Below, one piece after another: positions 9,847-19,099 of a stretch of 64,000 bases of DNA (position 1 is the stretch's first letter; every line of letters begins with the position of its first letter). The stretch is taken from the NCBI GenBank assembly GCA_027339965.1, contig DAHWNL010000016.1, forward strand, positions 32,001-96,000. Direction: 5' to 3'. The translations under genes were made by a program, and so were the position numbers. The DNA comes from Granulicella sp. Lineage in GTDB: Bacteria; Acidobacteriota; Terriglobia; Terriglobales; Acidobacteriaceae. The notes beneath the pieces are model-generated. The model did not search any database, was not told the DNA's origin, and worked only from the letters and a program-made list of their open reading frames with translations.

Positions 9847-10980
9847 TCATCGCACTGGCGGCTGAAGCAGAGCGGCCCGCACCTCAGCCATCACCTCTTC
9901 GACGGTGATCGACATCAGGCATTTTTTCTCCTTTTCAATGCAGGTCTCCAGACCGCACCCCCAGCACTCCACCCGGTGGTAGATCACGCGATGCTGAGAA
10001 CCGTAAGGAAACCACTGCCGGGGGATATTGCGCGCCGAGAAGAGCGCCACCACCGGGGTGCCCACAGCGGCCGCCAGGTGCATAGGACCGCTGTCGTGCC
10101 CCACAAACAGCCTGGCCTGAGCGATGGCCGCCGCGCTCTGGCGCGGCGTCAGGCGGCCACAGAGGTCCAGCACCGGCCCTCCACCATTTTCACTCCACGC
10201 CTGGGCGGCCGAGCGGCTGGCCTCACTCTCCTCCGCGGCCCCGATCAACAACAGGCCGCGCTGCGGAAACTCCGCCGCCAGGCTCCCCAACAGCGCCTTC
10301 CAGTTGTCTCGGCCCCAATCTTTGGCCTGCACCTTGGTGCCGACGCTCACAGCGATCCTCTCGCCCTGCCACCCCTCCGCTTCCAGTATCTCGTCCACAA
10401 CCTGCTGCTCGGCTGCGCTGAGATGGAGATTCCAACTCCTGGGATCGCGCAACCGTCCCGGGTCTGCGATATCGGCGACTGCGGCCAGTTCGCCGATGCA
10501 GCGCGCCAGCCTGGCAGCCTCCGGCTCTAGATTGCCGCTGCCCATGGCGCGATCCCTACCGCCGGTTGCGGCACCGTAGAAGTTTCGCTGCATCCCCTCC
10601 GTCAGCGGGACGCCAACGAGCCGGCGCACGCCACAAAGGCGAAAGAAGAGTTCATCGCGCCGAGCCACCTTCACGCCGCGAGCAGCGGCCAGATAGACCA
10701 ACGCCTGCGGCCTCCAACGCGCGATGCTCCACCACAGGCGGAGCAGCTCGGGCAGGCTTCGAGTTCCTACCGCGTACCAAATATAGCTTTGCACCAGCCC
10801 GGAACCCCGCAGCACCTCCGCTGCTGCCGGCGCCTTGGAGTTTATGGGCAGGTTGGTCAGCATCCGGCGCTCCGCTTCAGGAAAGGCCCGCGCGACCAGA
10901 TGGAGCGCGGGCAACGCCACCACCATATCGCCCAGGCTGCCCAGCCGATAGATCAACACCCTTCGCGCCGTCTTCGCCAT
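9847..10980 (-). CDS. Glycosyltransferase family 9 (LPS heptosyltransferase-like)
   Basis: RLGSLGDMVVALPA, FVGHDSGPMHLAAAVGTPVVALF, C-terminal CxxC..C..C; upstream of hldE. Confidence 0.9.
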   Translation of the reverse strand: MAKTARRVLIYRLGSLGDMVVALPALHLVARAFPEAERRMLTNLPINSKAPAAAEVLRGSGLVQSYIWYAVGTRSLPELLRLWWSIARWRPQALVYLAAARGVKVARRDELFFRLCGVRRLVGVPLTEGMQRNFYGAATGGRDRAMGSGNLEPEAARLARCIGELAAVADIADPGRLRDPRSWNLHLSAAEQQVVDEILEAEGWQGERIAVSVGTKVQAKDWGRDNWKALLGSLAAEFPQRGLLLIGAAEESEASRSAAQAWSENGGGPVLDLCGRLTPRQSAAAIAQARLFVGHDSGPMHLAAAVGTPVVALFSARNIPRQWFPYGSQHRVIYHRVECWGCGLETCIEKEKKCLMSITVEEVMAEVRAALLQPPVR

Positions 10981-11309
10981 TCTCTTCAGTGTCGCATCGG
11001 CGTCTGAATCTCACCAAGCCCCTGCGAGCCGCCATGCCCTGCTTAGCCACTCGAAGCGCCATCAGCACCGGTATATTTCCACCGGCCGGACTCGCATCCA
11101 CGGATTCGCATCCACGGATCCAGGCCCCACGGGACCGCATCTCCCAGCCGAGTCCCCCGGCCACGCGAGAACTGGCGCAGCGTGGCTCCCTTCCCTGCCT
11201 GGCTTCCAAGCTCTCCCAGTCTCCCTGGCCGGGGCAGCTCCGCCCCTTGGCCTCGAAGCAGGACCTATCGCTTGTGGCGCGCCTCCATTATCCTTGCAAT
11301 CACCAAGCC

Positions 11310-11891
11310 ATGCTGGACGCCGCGCACATCACCGCCCTGCAAGACCGGTTCACGGCCCACGGACACGATCCCTCGCTGCCCGCCGCTCCGGCCCGCAGCA
11401 GCTTTGACCAACTTGTTCTAGACCAGCACCAGGCGAACTTTGACCTCTGGCACTGTGAAGATCAGGCCCGCGATCCCCTCGCCTCCGATCACAGCATCGT
11501 TCTGGTCAAACAGCAGATTGATCGCCTCAACCAGACGCGGAACGACCTGGCCGAGCAGCTCGATCTGGCTCTGCTGGCCCTGGCGGACCAGAACCAGGCA
11601 TCTCCTCTGCACTCCGAGTCCCCCGGATTGATCATCGACCGGCTCTCCATCCTGGCGCTCAAGATCTACCACACTCGTGAGCAGTTGGACCGCTCCACCC
11701 CAGAGCACCGGATGCGCAACCAGGCCCGCCTTATGGTGCTGCATGAACAGCGAACCGACCTTGCAGGCTGCCTGGACGATCTATGGGCGGATGTCCTCGC
11801 CGGCCGCCGCCGATTCAAGCTCTACCGTCAGCTCAAGATGTACAACGACCCAACGCTCAATCCAGTGCTCTATACCCGCTCTCCAAAGTGA
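11310..11891 (+). CDS. DUF4254-like protein
   Basis: NFDLWHCEDQAR...KQQIDRLNQTRNDL...SESPGLIIDRLSILALKIYH...KLYRQLKMYNDPTLNP resembles DUF4254; the upstream extension of the long ORF looks non-coding. Confidence 0.8.
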   Translation: MLDAAHITALQDRFTAHGHDPSLPAAPARSSFDQLVLDQHQANFDLWHCEDQARDPLASDHSIVLVKQQIDRLNQTRNDLAEQLDLALLALADQNQASPLHSESPGLIIDRLSILALKIYHTREQLDRSTPEHRMRNQARLMVLHEQRTDLAGCLDDLWADVLAGRRRFKLYRQLKMYNDPTLNPVLYTRSPK

Positions 11892-12015
11892 GCGGTTCCC
11901 GTCCAAATCCCTTATCCGTTACACTCTCATTTGACCGGCGTCATCCAACCCTCGTATAAAGCCATTGCATACTGAACTCATCCAACCCTCAGCTCACCGT
12001 TTTCCCGAGAACACC

Positions 12016-12603
12016 ATGGCAACCAAGCAGGCTTCTTCAACCCAAGACAACAGCGCCGCGAAAGCACCCAGGGCTTCGCGGGGCTCGCGAACCCTGGCCG
12101 GCCATCCGCAGCACGCCGTTGATCCCAACCGAAAGTCCACACTCGCTCTTTACGAGAGCGCGCTCAAGCTCATGCAGACCGGAAAGTATGAGAAGGCTCA
12201 CGATGCCTTCACCCGGATGCTGGAGTCCGCTCCACAGGATCTGGCCGACCGCATTCGCATGTACATCTCCGCCTGCGTAACCCAGATCGAAAAGAGCTCC
12301 ACCAACTTCCAGAATCACGGAGAGCGTTACGACTACGCCGTCTCCCTGCTGAACCAGGGCAACTATGAGGATGCCCGGGAGCACCTCCAGCAGATTCTCC
12401 TCGAGGAGCAGTCGGCCGACTATGCATTCTATGGCCTGGCGCTTCTGGCCAGCCTCACCGGCGATGCCGACTCCTGCGTTGAGCACCTGGCCGAGGCGAT
12501 TCGGCTGAATGGACAGAACCGTCTCCAAGCGCGCCTGGACTCGGACTTCGACGGCGTAGCCGACGACCCTCGATTTACCGAACTGCTCTATCCAGAGGTC
12601 TGA
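12016..12603 (+). CDS. Tetratricopeptide-repeat protein
   Basis: Helical repeats (YESALKLMQTGKYEKA; YAVSLLNQGNYEDAREHL; AFYGLALL...L.EAIRLN...ARLDSDF). Confidence 0.8.
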   Translation: MATKQASSTQDNSAAKAPRASRGSRTLAGHPQHAVDPNRKSTLALYESALKLMQTGKYEKAHDAFTRMLESAPQDLADRIRMYISACVTQIEKSSTNFQNHGERYDYAVSLLNQGNYEDAREHLQQILLEEQSADYAFYGLALLASLTGDADSCVEHLAEAIRLNGQNRLQARLDSDFDGVADDPRFTELLYPEV

Positions 12604-12833
12604 GGCCGCTTCCGCGCCAACCGCTCCAACCGTCCCCACAGCCCCGAGGAAAAGCCTCCGGGTCCCCGTTGGAGCGGAAACCAGCAATCGAACCACCGGG
12701 GCGGTCCCGCCCCCCATCTCACCACCCGTGTGGGATCTCCCCGTTTTGATTCAACTTCTTCCCTCCGGCTGTTATGCACAAAAATGCGGGAAACATCTTT
12801 CCTGTCTTCTGCGTCCGAATACACTGTTAGCGA

Positions 12834-13862
12834 ATGCGCAACTCTCGCCAGCTTCGAGTCGTGGCCATCGGCGGCGGAACAGGCTTGTCTACACTGCTGC
12901 GTGGACTCAAGTTTTACGTGGCGCCGGCTCCCGGCACGCCGCAACTTGCCTCTTCCGGGCCAGAAGCCAAGCCGCCCCTCATCGATGAGCTGGCCGCCAT
13001 CGTCACGGTCACCGACGATGGCGGCTCCTCCGGGCGTCTGCGCGAGGAGCTCAACATGCTTCCTCCCGGAGACATTCGCAACTGCCTAGTCGCTCTCTCC
13101 CCGGATGAAGCCTTGATTTCCCGGCTCTTCCAGTATCGATTTGCCAATGGCGACCTGCAGGGACACAGCTTCGGCAACCTCTTCCTCGCCGCCTTGACCG
13201 GCATCACCGGGGACTTTGGCCAGGCCGTTCAGACCAGTTCGCAGATTCTGGCCAGCCGGGGCCGCATCTACCCCTGCACCATGGCCAACGCGACCATCTC
13301 CGCGCGCATGGATGACGGCTCCACCGTCCATGGCGAGACGAATATTACTGCCTCCCAACGCTCCATTACGGAGCTCATGCTCTCTCCCACAGATGCTCAA
13401 GCTCTCCCGGAGGCGCTGGATGCCATCGCCTCCGCCGACCTGATCACCATCGGCCCCGGTTCGCTCTACACCTCCCTGATCACCAACCTTCTGGTCCGCG
13501 ACGTGCCTCAAGCCATTGCCCGTAGCCGCGCTACGCGAGTCTTCATCTGCAACCTGATGACCCAGGCTAATGAGAGCCTTGGACTCACCGCCTCCCAGCA
13601 CATCGAGAAGATCCTGGACCACGCAGGCAGCCAGATCTTCGACTATGCTCTGATCAACACCGGTCAGGTGGACGCCAAAACGCTGGACCACTACGCTCGC
13701 TCCGGCCAGTCTCCCATTGAAGCCGACCTGAACAGAGTTCGTGCTCTCGGTGTTACACCGATCACCGGAAACTTCCTTCATCCGGGTGAGGTTCTGCGCC
13801 ATTGTCATGAAGTTGTTGCGGAAACCGTCTTGCAACTGGCCCTGGAGACCTCCACCGTATAA
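12834..13862 (+). CDS. YvcK/UPF0052 (gluconeogenesis factor, CofD-related) protein
   Basis: VVAIGGGTGLSTLLRGLK, VTDDGGSSGRLR, PPGDIRNC, GHSFGNL, GPGSLYTS. Confidence 0.93.
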   Translation: MRNSRQLRVVAIGGGTGLSTLLRGLKFYVAPAPGTPQLASSGPEAKPPLIDELAAIVTVTDDGGSSGRLREELNMLPPGDIRNCLVALSPDEALISRLFQYRFANGDLQGHSFGNLFLAALTGITGDFGQAVQTSSQILASRGRIYPCTMANATISARMDDGSTVHGETNITASQRSITELMLSPTDAQALPEALDAIASADLITIGPGSLYTSLITNLLVRDVPQAIARSRATRVFICNLMTQANESLGLTASQHIEKILDHAGSQIFDYALINTGQVDAKTLDHYARSGQSPIEADLNRVRALGVTPITGNFLHPGEVLRHCHEVVAETVLQLALETSTV

Positions 13863-13918
13863 GATCCCTGCAGTTGTTCTGAACACGACCCTCCTCTGTT
13901 CATTTCCAGAGAAGCACC

Positions 13919-14731
13919 ATGCCCAGCCCCGTCTCTTCTCCGCTCGCTACGTTCGGCCGCGTCCTCTATGCCCTGTCCCTACTGGGCTTCGGCCTGCAAT
14001 ACGCCATCTACGGCCAGCTCCGGGGCAGTCTTCCGCTGTGCCCGGCGGGGCTGCCGCACCATCACGTCCTAGCCTACGCCCTGGCTGCCGTGCTCATCAG
14101 CTCCAGCCTTTTGCTGCTCTTCTCCTGGCGCACCCTCACCGTCAGCCTGCTTCTTGCTCTTCTGCTGCTGGCTTGCTCGGCGCTCCGTCTGTGGCCGCTA
14201 CACGGCAACCTTAACGACGCCCTGCTCTCTACCTTCAAGGACGCCAACGCCCGCACGCTCTTCCTGCAGTGCCTCTGCTTTGCCGCTGCGGCTATCATCC
14301 TGCATGGCCTTGCCGCAGGGGCCAAAGGCAACTACACCCTGATGCCCGGTCGCATCCTCTTCGCCTTCGCCATGGTCCTCTTCGGATTGCAACACTTTCT
14401 GGACGTGCGCTACCTGGCCACACTGGTTCCACACTGGATTCACGGCCACCATCTCTGGGTGATCGTTACCGGCTTCGCGCTGATCGCCTGCGGGCTCGCC
14501 ATCGCCACCACGATTGAAGACACGTACGCCTCCTACGCTCTCTTCCTGCTCTTTGCAGGATGGCTCGTCCTGCTCCACGCGCCACGCATCCTGCAACATC
14601 CGCGCAGCGGATGGGAGTGGTCCAGCGGCCTGGTGACCCTCGGCCTCAGCGGCGCCTCTTTGCTGCTGGCTGCCGCCTCCGGCGGTGGCGGCAAGCCGGC
14701 CAGGCGGAAAGAACGCCCATGGCGGCCGTAA
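13919..14731 (+). CDS. Integral membrane protein (DoxX-like duplicated domain)
   Basis: About 8 hydrophobic segments; two similar halves (GRVLYALSLLGFGLQY / GRILFAFAMVLFGLQHF). Confidence 0.7.
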   Translation: MPSPVSSPLATFGRVLYALSLLGFGLQYAIYGQLRGSLPLCPAGLPHHHVLAYALAAVLISSSLLLLFSWRTLTVSLLLALLLLACSALRLWPLHGNLNDALLSTFKDANARTLFLQCLCFAAAAIILHGLAAGAKGNYTLMPGRILFAFAMVLFGLQHFLDVRYLATLVPHWIHGHHLWVIVTGFALIACGLAIATTIEDTYASYALFLLFAGWLVLLHAPRILQHPRSGWEWSSGLVTLGLSGASLLLAAASGGGGKPARRKERPWRP

Positions 14732-14844
14732 AACGTTTTCAGTGCAGGTGTAACGCGACGCCTCGATCTCCATGGGCGTTTTCCCCAATGAAAACGCCAC
14801 TGCACGCCCTCTCCGGTGTACCCATCAACACTGAAAATGCTATA
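14729..14844 (+). repeat. Copy 1 of a ~116-bp nested-palindromic MITE-like element
   Basis: TAAAACGTTTTCAGTG...CACTGAAAATGCTATA termini; internal GGCGTTTTC-CCCAAT-GAAAACGCC hairpin; aligns to 33833 and 45782. Confidence 0.93.
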
Positions 14845-14950
14845 GCACTCTGCCCGCGGCGGCGCACAGGAGGCCTTGGCCCGCGCACAGGCTGCGCCCA
14901 TGCAGGACGCCCCTCGAAGACCGGCTCAGGAACATCGATTCAAGGAACTC

Positions 14951-16177
14951 CTAGCCGCCGATCGCCACCAGCCCGGACTCCTCGGCCACGGTCCTCTTCA
15001 ACTGCCCACAGGCCGCGTAAATATCCCGGCCTCGCGGCCGCCGGATGTACGTCGCCACTCCCCCGTCGATCAACGTCTTCTGGAAGACCCCCACGTCCTC
15101 CGGCTCGGGCTGACGGTACCCCATCCCCGGTCCCGGATTCCACACAATCAGGTTCACCTTGGCTCGCATCCCCTTCAGCAGGCGCAGCACCTCCTGCGCA
15201 TGCTGCGGCTGGTCGTTGATTCCACCCAGCAGAACGTACTCGAACGTCACCCACTCCCTGGTTCGCAGCGGAATCTTTCTCACCGCCTCCAGCAGTTGCG
15301 CAATCTTCCACTTGTTGGTGATGGGCATAATCTCCGAGCGCACCTGGTCATTGCTCGCATTCAGGCTGAGAGCCAGCTTGGGCCGCAGCGTTTCGCGAGC
15401 GAAGGCCTCGATCCCCGGCAAAACTCCGCTGGTGGAGACCGTCATCCGCGATTCGGGAACTCCAACTCCCTCCACCAGCAAGCGGACTGCCTTCATAAAT
15501 TCGCTATAGTTCAAAAACGGCTCACCCATGCCCATAAAGACCAGGTTGATGCGGTCCTTGCCCACCTGAATTCGCTGCCGGTTGAGCACCGCCGCAACCT
15601 GCCCGGCGATCTCCCCGGCGGTCAGGTTGCGCCGAATCCCCAGCCTGGCGGTGAGGCAGAACTGACAGTGCACCGCGCATCCCACCTGGCTGGAGATGCA
15701 AATGGTCGCCCGGCGGAAGCCATTCTCCGCCAGCGTTCCGAAGTTTGACCGGTCGCGCCCGTTCGCCCTCCGCTCCCAGAAGGAACGCTTCAGGCCCGAA
15801 ACAGCTTCCACAGCCGTCTCCACGTCGCCTGCCTCCTCTTCGGCCGCCTCGCTTCCGTCGCCGCGCTCCCCGCCGTCCCCATCCGGCATCCACACGGTCT
15901 CAACCGTCTCACCGTCCGCCATCCGCACCAGATACCGCTCCGTGCCATCCACGCTCACCGCGGTCTGCGCCATCATCGGCAGCCCCACATCCCACCCGGC
16001 CGTACTCAACTGCTGGCGCAAAGACTCCGGCAGTGTGGTCACCGCATCTAGCGAGGTCAGACGCTGCCGGTAAATCGCCTCAAAGAGCTGCCGCGCTCGA
16101 TACGGCTTCTGCCCCAGCGCTCCCATGAGCCCGGTCAACTCGGTCAGGTCCATGCCAAAGAGGGCGCGCGTCTCCAT
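14951..16177 (-). CDS. rlmN: 23S rRNA m2A2503 methyltransferase (radical SAM)
   Basis: CISSQVGCAVHCQFC, VFMGMGEP, SLNAS, FEYVLLGGIND, GRDIYAACGQL. Confidence 0.96.
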   Translation of the reverse strand: METRALFGMDLTELTGLMGALGQKPYRARQLFEAIYRQRLTSLDAVTTLPESLRQQLSTAGWDVGLPMMAQTAVSVDGTERYLVRMADGETVETVWMPDGDGGERGDGSEAAEEEAGDVETAVEAVSGLKRSFWERRANGRDRSNFGTLAENGFRRATICISSQVGCAVHCQFCLTARLGIRRNLTAGEIAGQVAAVLNRQRIQVGKDRINLVFMGMGEPFLNYSEFMKAVRLLVEGVGVPESRMTVSTSGVLPGIEAFARETLRPKLALSLNASNDQVRSEIMPITNKWKIAQLLEAVRKIPLRTREWVTFEYVLLGGINDQPQHAQEVLRLLKGMRAKVNLIVWNPGPGMGYRQPEPEDVGVFQKTLIDGGVATYIRRPRGRDIYAACGQLKRTVAEESGLVAIGG

Positions 16178-16183
16178 CCCTTC

Positions 16184-16202
16184 AGTTTACTTCCCCTACA
16201 AT
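16184..16202. promoter_or_regulatory. Back-to-back -10 hexamers (TAAACT on -, TACAAT on +), each 6 nt from a start codon
   Basis: AGTTTA at 16184-16189 and TACAAT at 16197-16202 in a 31-bp gap between divergent ATGs. Confidence 0.55.
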
Positions 16203-16208
16203 CGCTCC

Positions 16209-16619
16209 ATGCCCCAGCCCGGCACCTCTACCCGAACCAGCGCAGAACTTCAAACTGTTCTCGAGGAACTCATCGGCCGCGAGCCTATCTTCCATCGCCC
16301 GGACCGCCCCACCACCATGGCGCCAAGCTACTGGGAGGTGGGCGCCTCCGGCCGCCGCTACAGCCGCGAGTTCATTCTTCAGCACCTGGCAGCGTCTCCT
16401 CCCGCAGACGCCGTTCAGGCCGGCTGGCAGACCTCAGGCCACGCTGTCCTTCGCCTGAGCGCCGACACGTACCTCTTCACCTACACCCTTCGTCAATCCG
16501 AGCGCCTGACCCGCCGCGCAACGATCTGGCGACAAACCTTATCTGGATGGCAAGTTCTGTTTCACCAGGGCACGATCGTCAGCGCCGACGAGGATGATGT
16601 GGCGCCTGCGCAATCATGA
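16209..16619 (+). CDS. DUF4440 / NTF2-like protein
   Basis: REPIFHRP, YWEVGASGRRYSR, TRRATIWR...WQVLFHQGT. Confidence 0.8.
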   Translation: MPQPGTSTRTSAELQTVLEELIGREPIFHRPDRPTTMAPSYWEVGASGRRYSREFILQHLAASPPADAVQAGWQTSGHAVLRLSADTYLFTYTLRQSERLTRRATIWRQTLSGWQVLFHQGTIVSADEDDVAPAQS

Positions 16620-16632
16620 AACAATAGGCGGG

Positions 16633-17961
16633 ATGCCCATCTCCGTTCCCGTCGCCGAGAATGCGACCGTCTCCGCCTCCGCTCCCCACCTGCGTGACAT
16701 CCGCACCACAACCCTTCCCAACGGCCTTCTGGTCATCACGGAGCGCATGCCCCACCTCCGCTCCATCGCTATGGGTGCCTGGATCGACTCCGGCTCTCGC
16801 GACGAGTCTCTGGAGGTGAACGGAATCTCTCACTTCATCGAGCACATGGTCTTCAAAGGAACCACCACGCGCTCCGCCCAGCAGTTTGCCCGCGAGGTGG
16901 ACTCCATCGGCGGCAATCTGGACGCCTTCACCGGCAAGGAGACGATCTGCTTCAGTATCAAGGTCCTGGACCAGAACGTGGCGGCTGCGCTGGATCTGAT
17001 TGCAGACCTGGTCCTCCACCCCACCTTTACCCCGGAAGACATCGCCCGCGAGCAGGGAGTCATTCTGGAAGAGATCAGGATGGATGAGGACAATCCTGAT
17101 TACCTGGTCCACGAACTCTTTACTCGCAACTTCTGGCCCAAAGACGCTCTGGGCCGGCCCATCCTGGGAACGGCTTCCTCCGTCTCCAGCTTCACGCAGC
17201 CGATCGTGCGCTGCGAGTACTCGCGTCGCTTCACCCCGGCAAACATGATCTTCTCGGCCGCCGGAAATCTGCAGCACGAAGCGTTCGTGGCCCAGGTCGC
17301 AGCATCTTTCGCCTCCCTCGCCCCAGGGGGTGCCGAGAAGATGGCCCGCTCCCACAGCCCAAGCCCCTCGCCGCACATCACGCTGCGGAGAAAGAGATCC
17401 CTGGAGCAGGTTCAGCTCTGCCTGGCGGTTGCCGCGCCCCCGGTGGCCTCGCCGCTGCGCTACACGGCTTATCTGCTGAACTCGATTCTGGGTGGCGGTA
17501 TGAGCTCGCGGCTCTTCCAGTCCATTCGCGAAGAACGCGGCCTGGCTTATAGCATCTTCTCCGAACTCAATCCCTTCCGCGATACGGGCTCGCTGGCCGT
17601 CTATGCCGGCTGTTCGCCGGCAAATACGCGCCAGGTACTGGACCTCACGCTCGCCGATCTGACCCGCATCAAGAAACACGCCGTAGCCGGCGAAGAGTTG
17701 CAGCGCGCCAAGTCGCAGTTCAAAGGCAACATGGTCCTCGGCCTGGAGACCTCCGGCTCGCGCATGTCTTCCCTGGCGCGCCAGCAGATGTACTGGGGCC
17801 GGTTCTTTTCCCTCGATGAGATCACCGCCGCCATCGACGCGGTAACCGCGGAGGATATTCAGGCCCTGGCCAATCAGCTCTTTCAGCCCCAGCATCTGGC
17901 CCTGACTCTGCTTGGGAATCTCGGCTCACTCAAGCTGAACCGGACCGACCTTGGCTGCTAG
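16633..17961 (+). CDS. M16 family zinc metallopeptidase
   Basis: GISHFIEHMVFKGT inverted HxxEH motif, ILGGGMSSRLFQSIREERGLAYS. Confidence 0.95.
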   Translation: MPISVPVAENATVSASAPHLRDIRTTTLPNGLLVITERMPHLRSIAMGAWIDSGSRDESLEVNGISHFIEHMVFKGTTTRSAQQFAREVDSIGGNLDAFTGKETICFSIKVLDQNVAAALDLIADLVLHPTFTPEDIAREQGVILEEIRMDEDNPDYLVHELFTRNFWPKDALGRPILGTASSVSSFTQPIVRCEYSRRFTPANMIFSAAGNLQHEAFVAQVAASFASLAPGGAEKMARSHSPSPSPHITLRRKRSLEQVQLCLAVAAPPVASPLRYTAYLLNSILGGGMSSRLFQSIREERGLAYSIFSELNPFRDTGSLAVYAGCSPANTRQVLDLTLADLTRIKKHAVAGEELQRAKSQFKGNMVLGLETSGSRMSSLARQQMYWGRFFSLDEITAAIDAVTAEDIQALANQLFQPQHLALTLLGNLGSLKLNRTDLGC

Positions 17962-18190
17962 CGAACAGTGTTCGGCCTTCCAACTCTATCTCCCCGCGCC
18001 CACCAGGAAGAGCTCTGCATGGCTCCGGCGGCCCAGAAGGCAGCGGCAAGCGCGGGGACGAGGCGAGCCGGACCTTTTACTCCATCCAGCCGAATCGGCC
18101 CCGACGGGAGATGCTGCCATCCCAACGCCGGAAGCGTCTATACTCTGAAACTGGAAGATCTGAGCGCACCTGCGGCTCTTCGAGGCATTC

Positions 18191-18694
18191 ATGAACACTT
18201 CTACCCATCGTCACGAGTCCGGCTTCACGCTGGTTGAGCTGCTGATCGTCATGTCGGTGATTCTGATCCTGCTGACACTGGCCATCCCCGCCATGCAGTC
18301 GGTCATTCGCCGCGGCAATGAGACCTCGGCGATCACCAGTCTGCGCATGCTCAATGAGATGGAAGGCCAATACAACTCCACCTATCCGCAGCACGGCTTT
18401 GCCTGTTCACTGACCGCTCTGGGAGGCAAAATCGGCTCCGGGCCACCCACCGCCGAGTCCGCGCAACTGATCCCTGACGACCTTGCCAGCGGGCATAAGG
18501 CAGGCTATACCTTCACCATTAGCAACTGCGCCAAGACCACCATCAACAATGTGGATCAGTACAACAGCTACCAGATCACGGCCGTGCCCAACTCAGTAGG
18601 CCATAGCGGCAACCGCGGCTTCTGCACCGACGAGAACGGCGAGATTCGCTACGATCCCAAGGGTGGAACCAACTGCACAGAGCTGCTGCAATAA
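18191..18694 (+). CDS. Type IV pilin / pseudopilin-like prepilin
   Basis: G|FTLVELLIVMSVILIL prepilin-peptidase motif with E+5; four Cys in the globular head. Confidence 0.9.
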   Translation: MNTSTHRHESGFTLVELLIVMSVILILLTLAIPAMQSVIRRGNETSAITSLRMLNEMEGQYNSTYPQHGFACSLTALGGKIGSGPPTAESAQLIPDDLASGHKAGYTFTISNCAKTTINNVDQYNSYQITAVPNSVGHSGNRGFCTDENGEIRYDPKGGTNCTELLQ

Positions 18695-18714
18695 AACCGC
18701 TGCCGATACCCCGC

Positions 18715-18748
18715 ACCTGAGGCCGTCGAATGGCGGCCTCAGGTCTTT
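18715..18748 (+). terminator. Stem-loop, probable terminator after the pilin gene
   Basis: ACCTGAGGCCGTC-GAAT-GGCGGCCTCAGGT followed by CTTT (short U tract). Confidence 0.6.
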
Positions 18749-19099
18749 GCTCTGACAACTCGGCCTGCGCCGTCCGCTCACCGACGAGGCTTGAGCGGGT
18801 TTGGCAGCCTTAGCCGAAAAGGGCTCGGAGAGGTGTCGACGACGGAGATCCCCAGAGATCGGCAGCGGAGACAGCGGCAGCTCAAAATCGCTGCCAAAGG
18901 AATCGACAACTCAGAAGTCGGTAACCCAAGGCGATCTCGCTGCGTCCCACCATCGTGCCGCTCTTCGTCCTCCGTCTACCCCTTCCTTTGACCTGTTGAC
19001 CGCTTCCAGATGATCTAATAAGGAGATTGAACCTCCGGTCTGCCCCTTGGAGGGCAGCGGCATATCCGGCGCACGCTCAACCCTCAGGAGAGGAAGTAC

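Noticed and set aside
10566..11309. N-terminal extensions in the ORF track (also 35739-36140, 58024-58623, 24700-24822)
   Set aside because: Low-complexity, overlap other genes or intergenic DNA; downstream ATGs fit the domain boundaries better.
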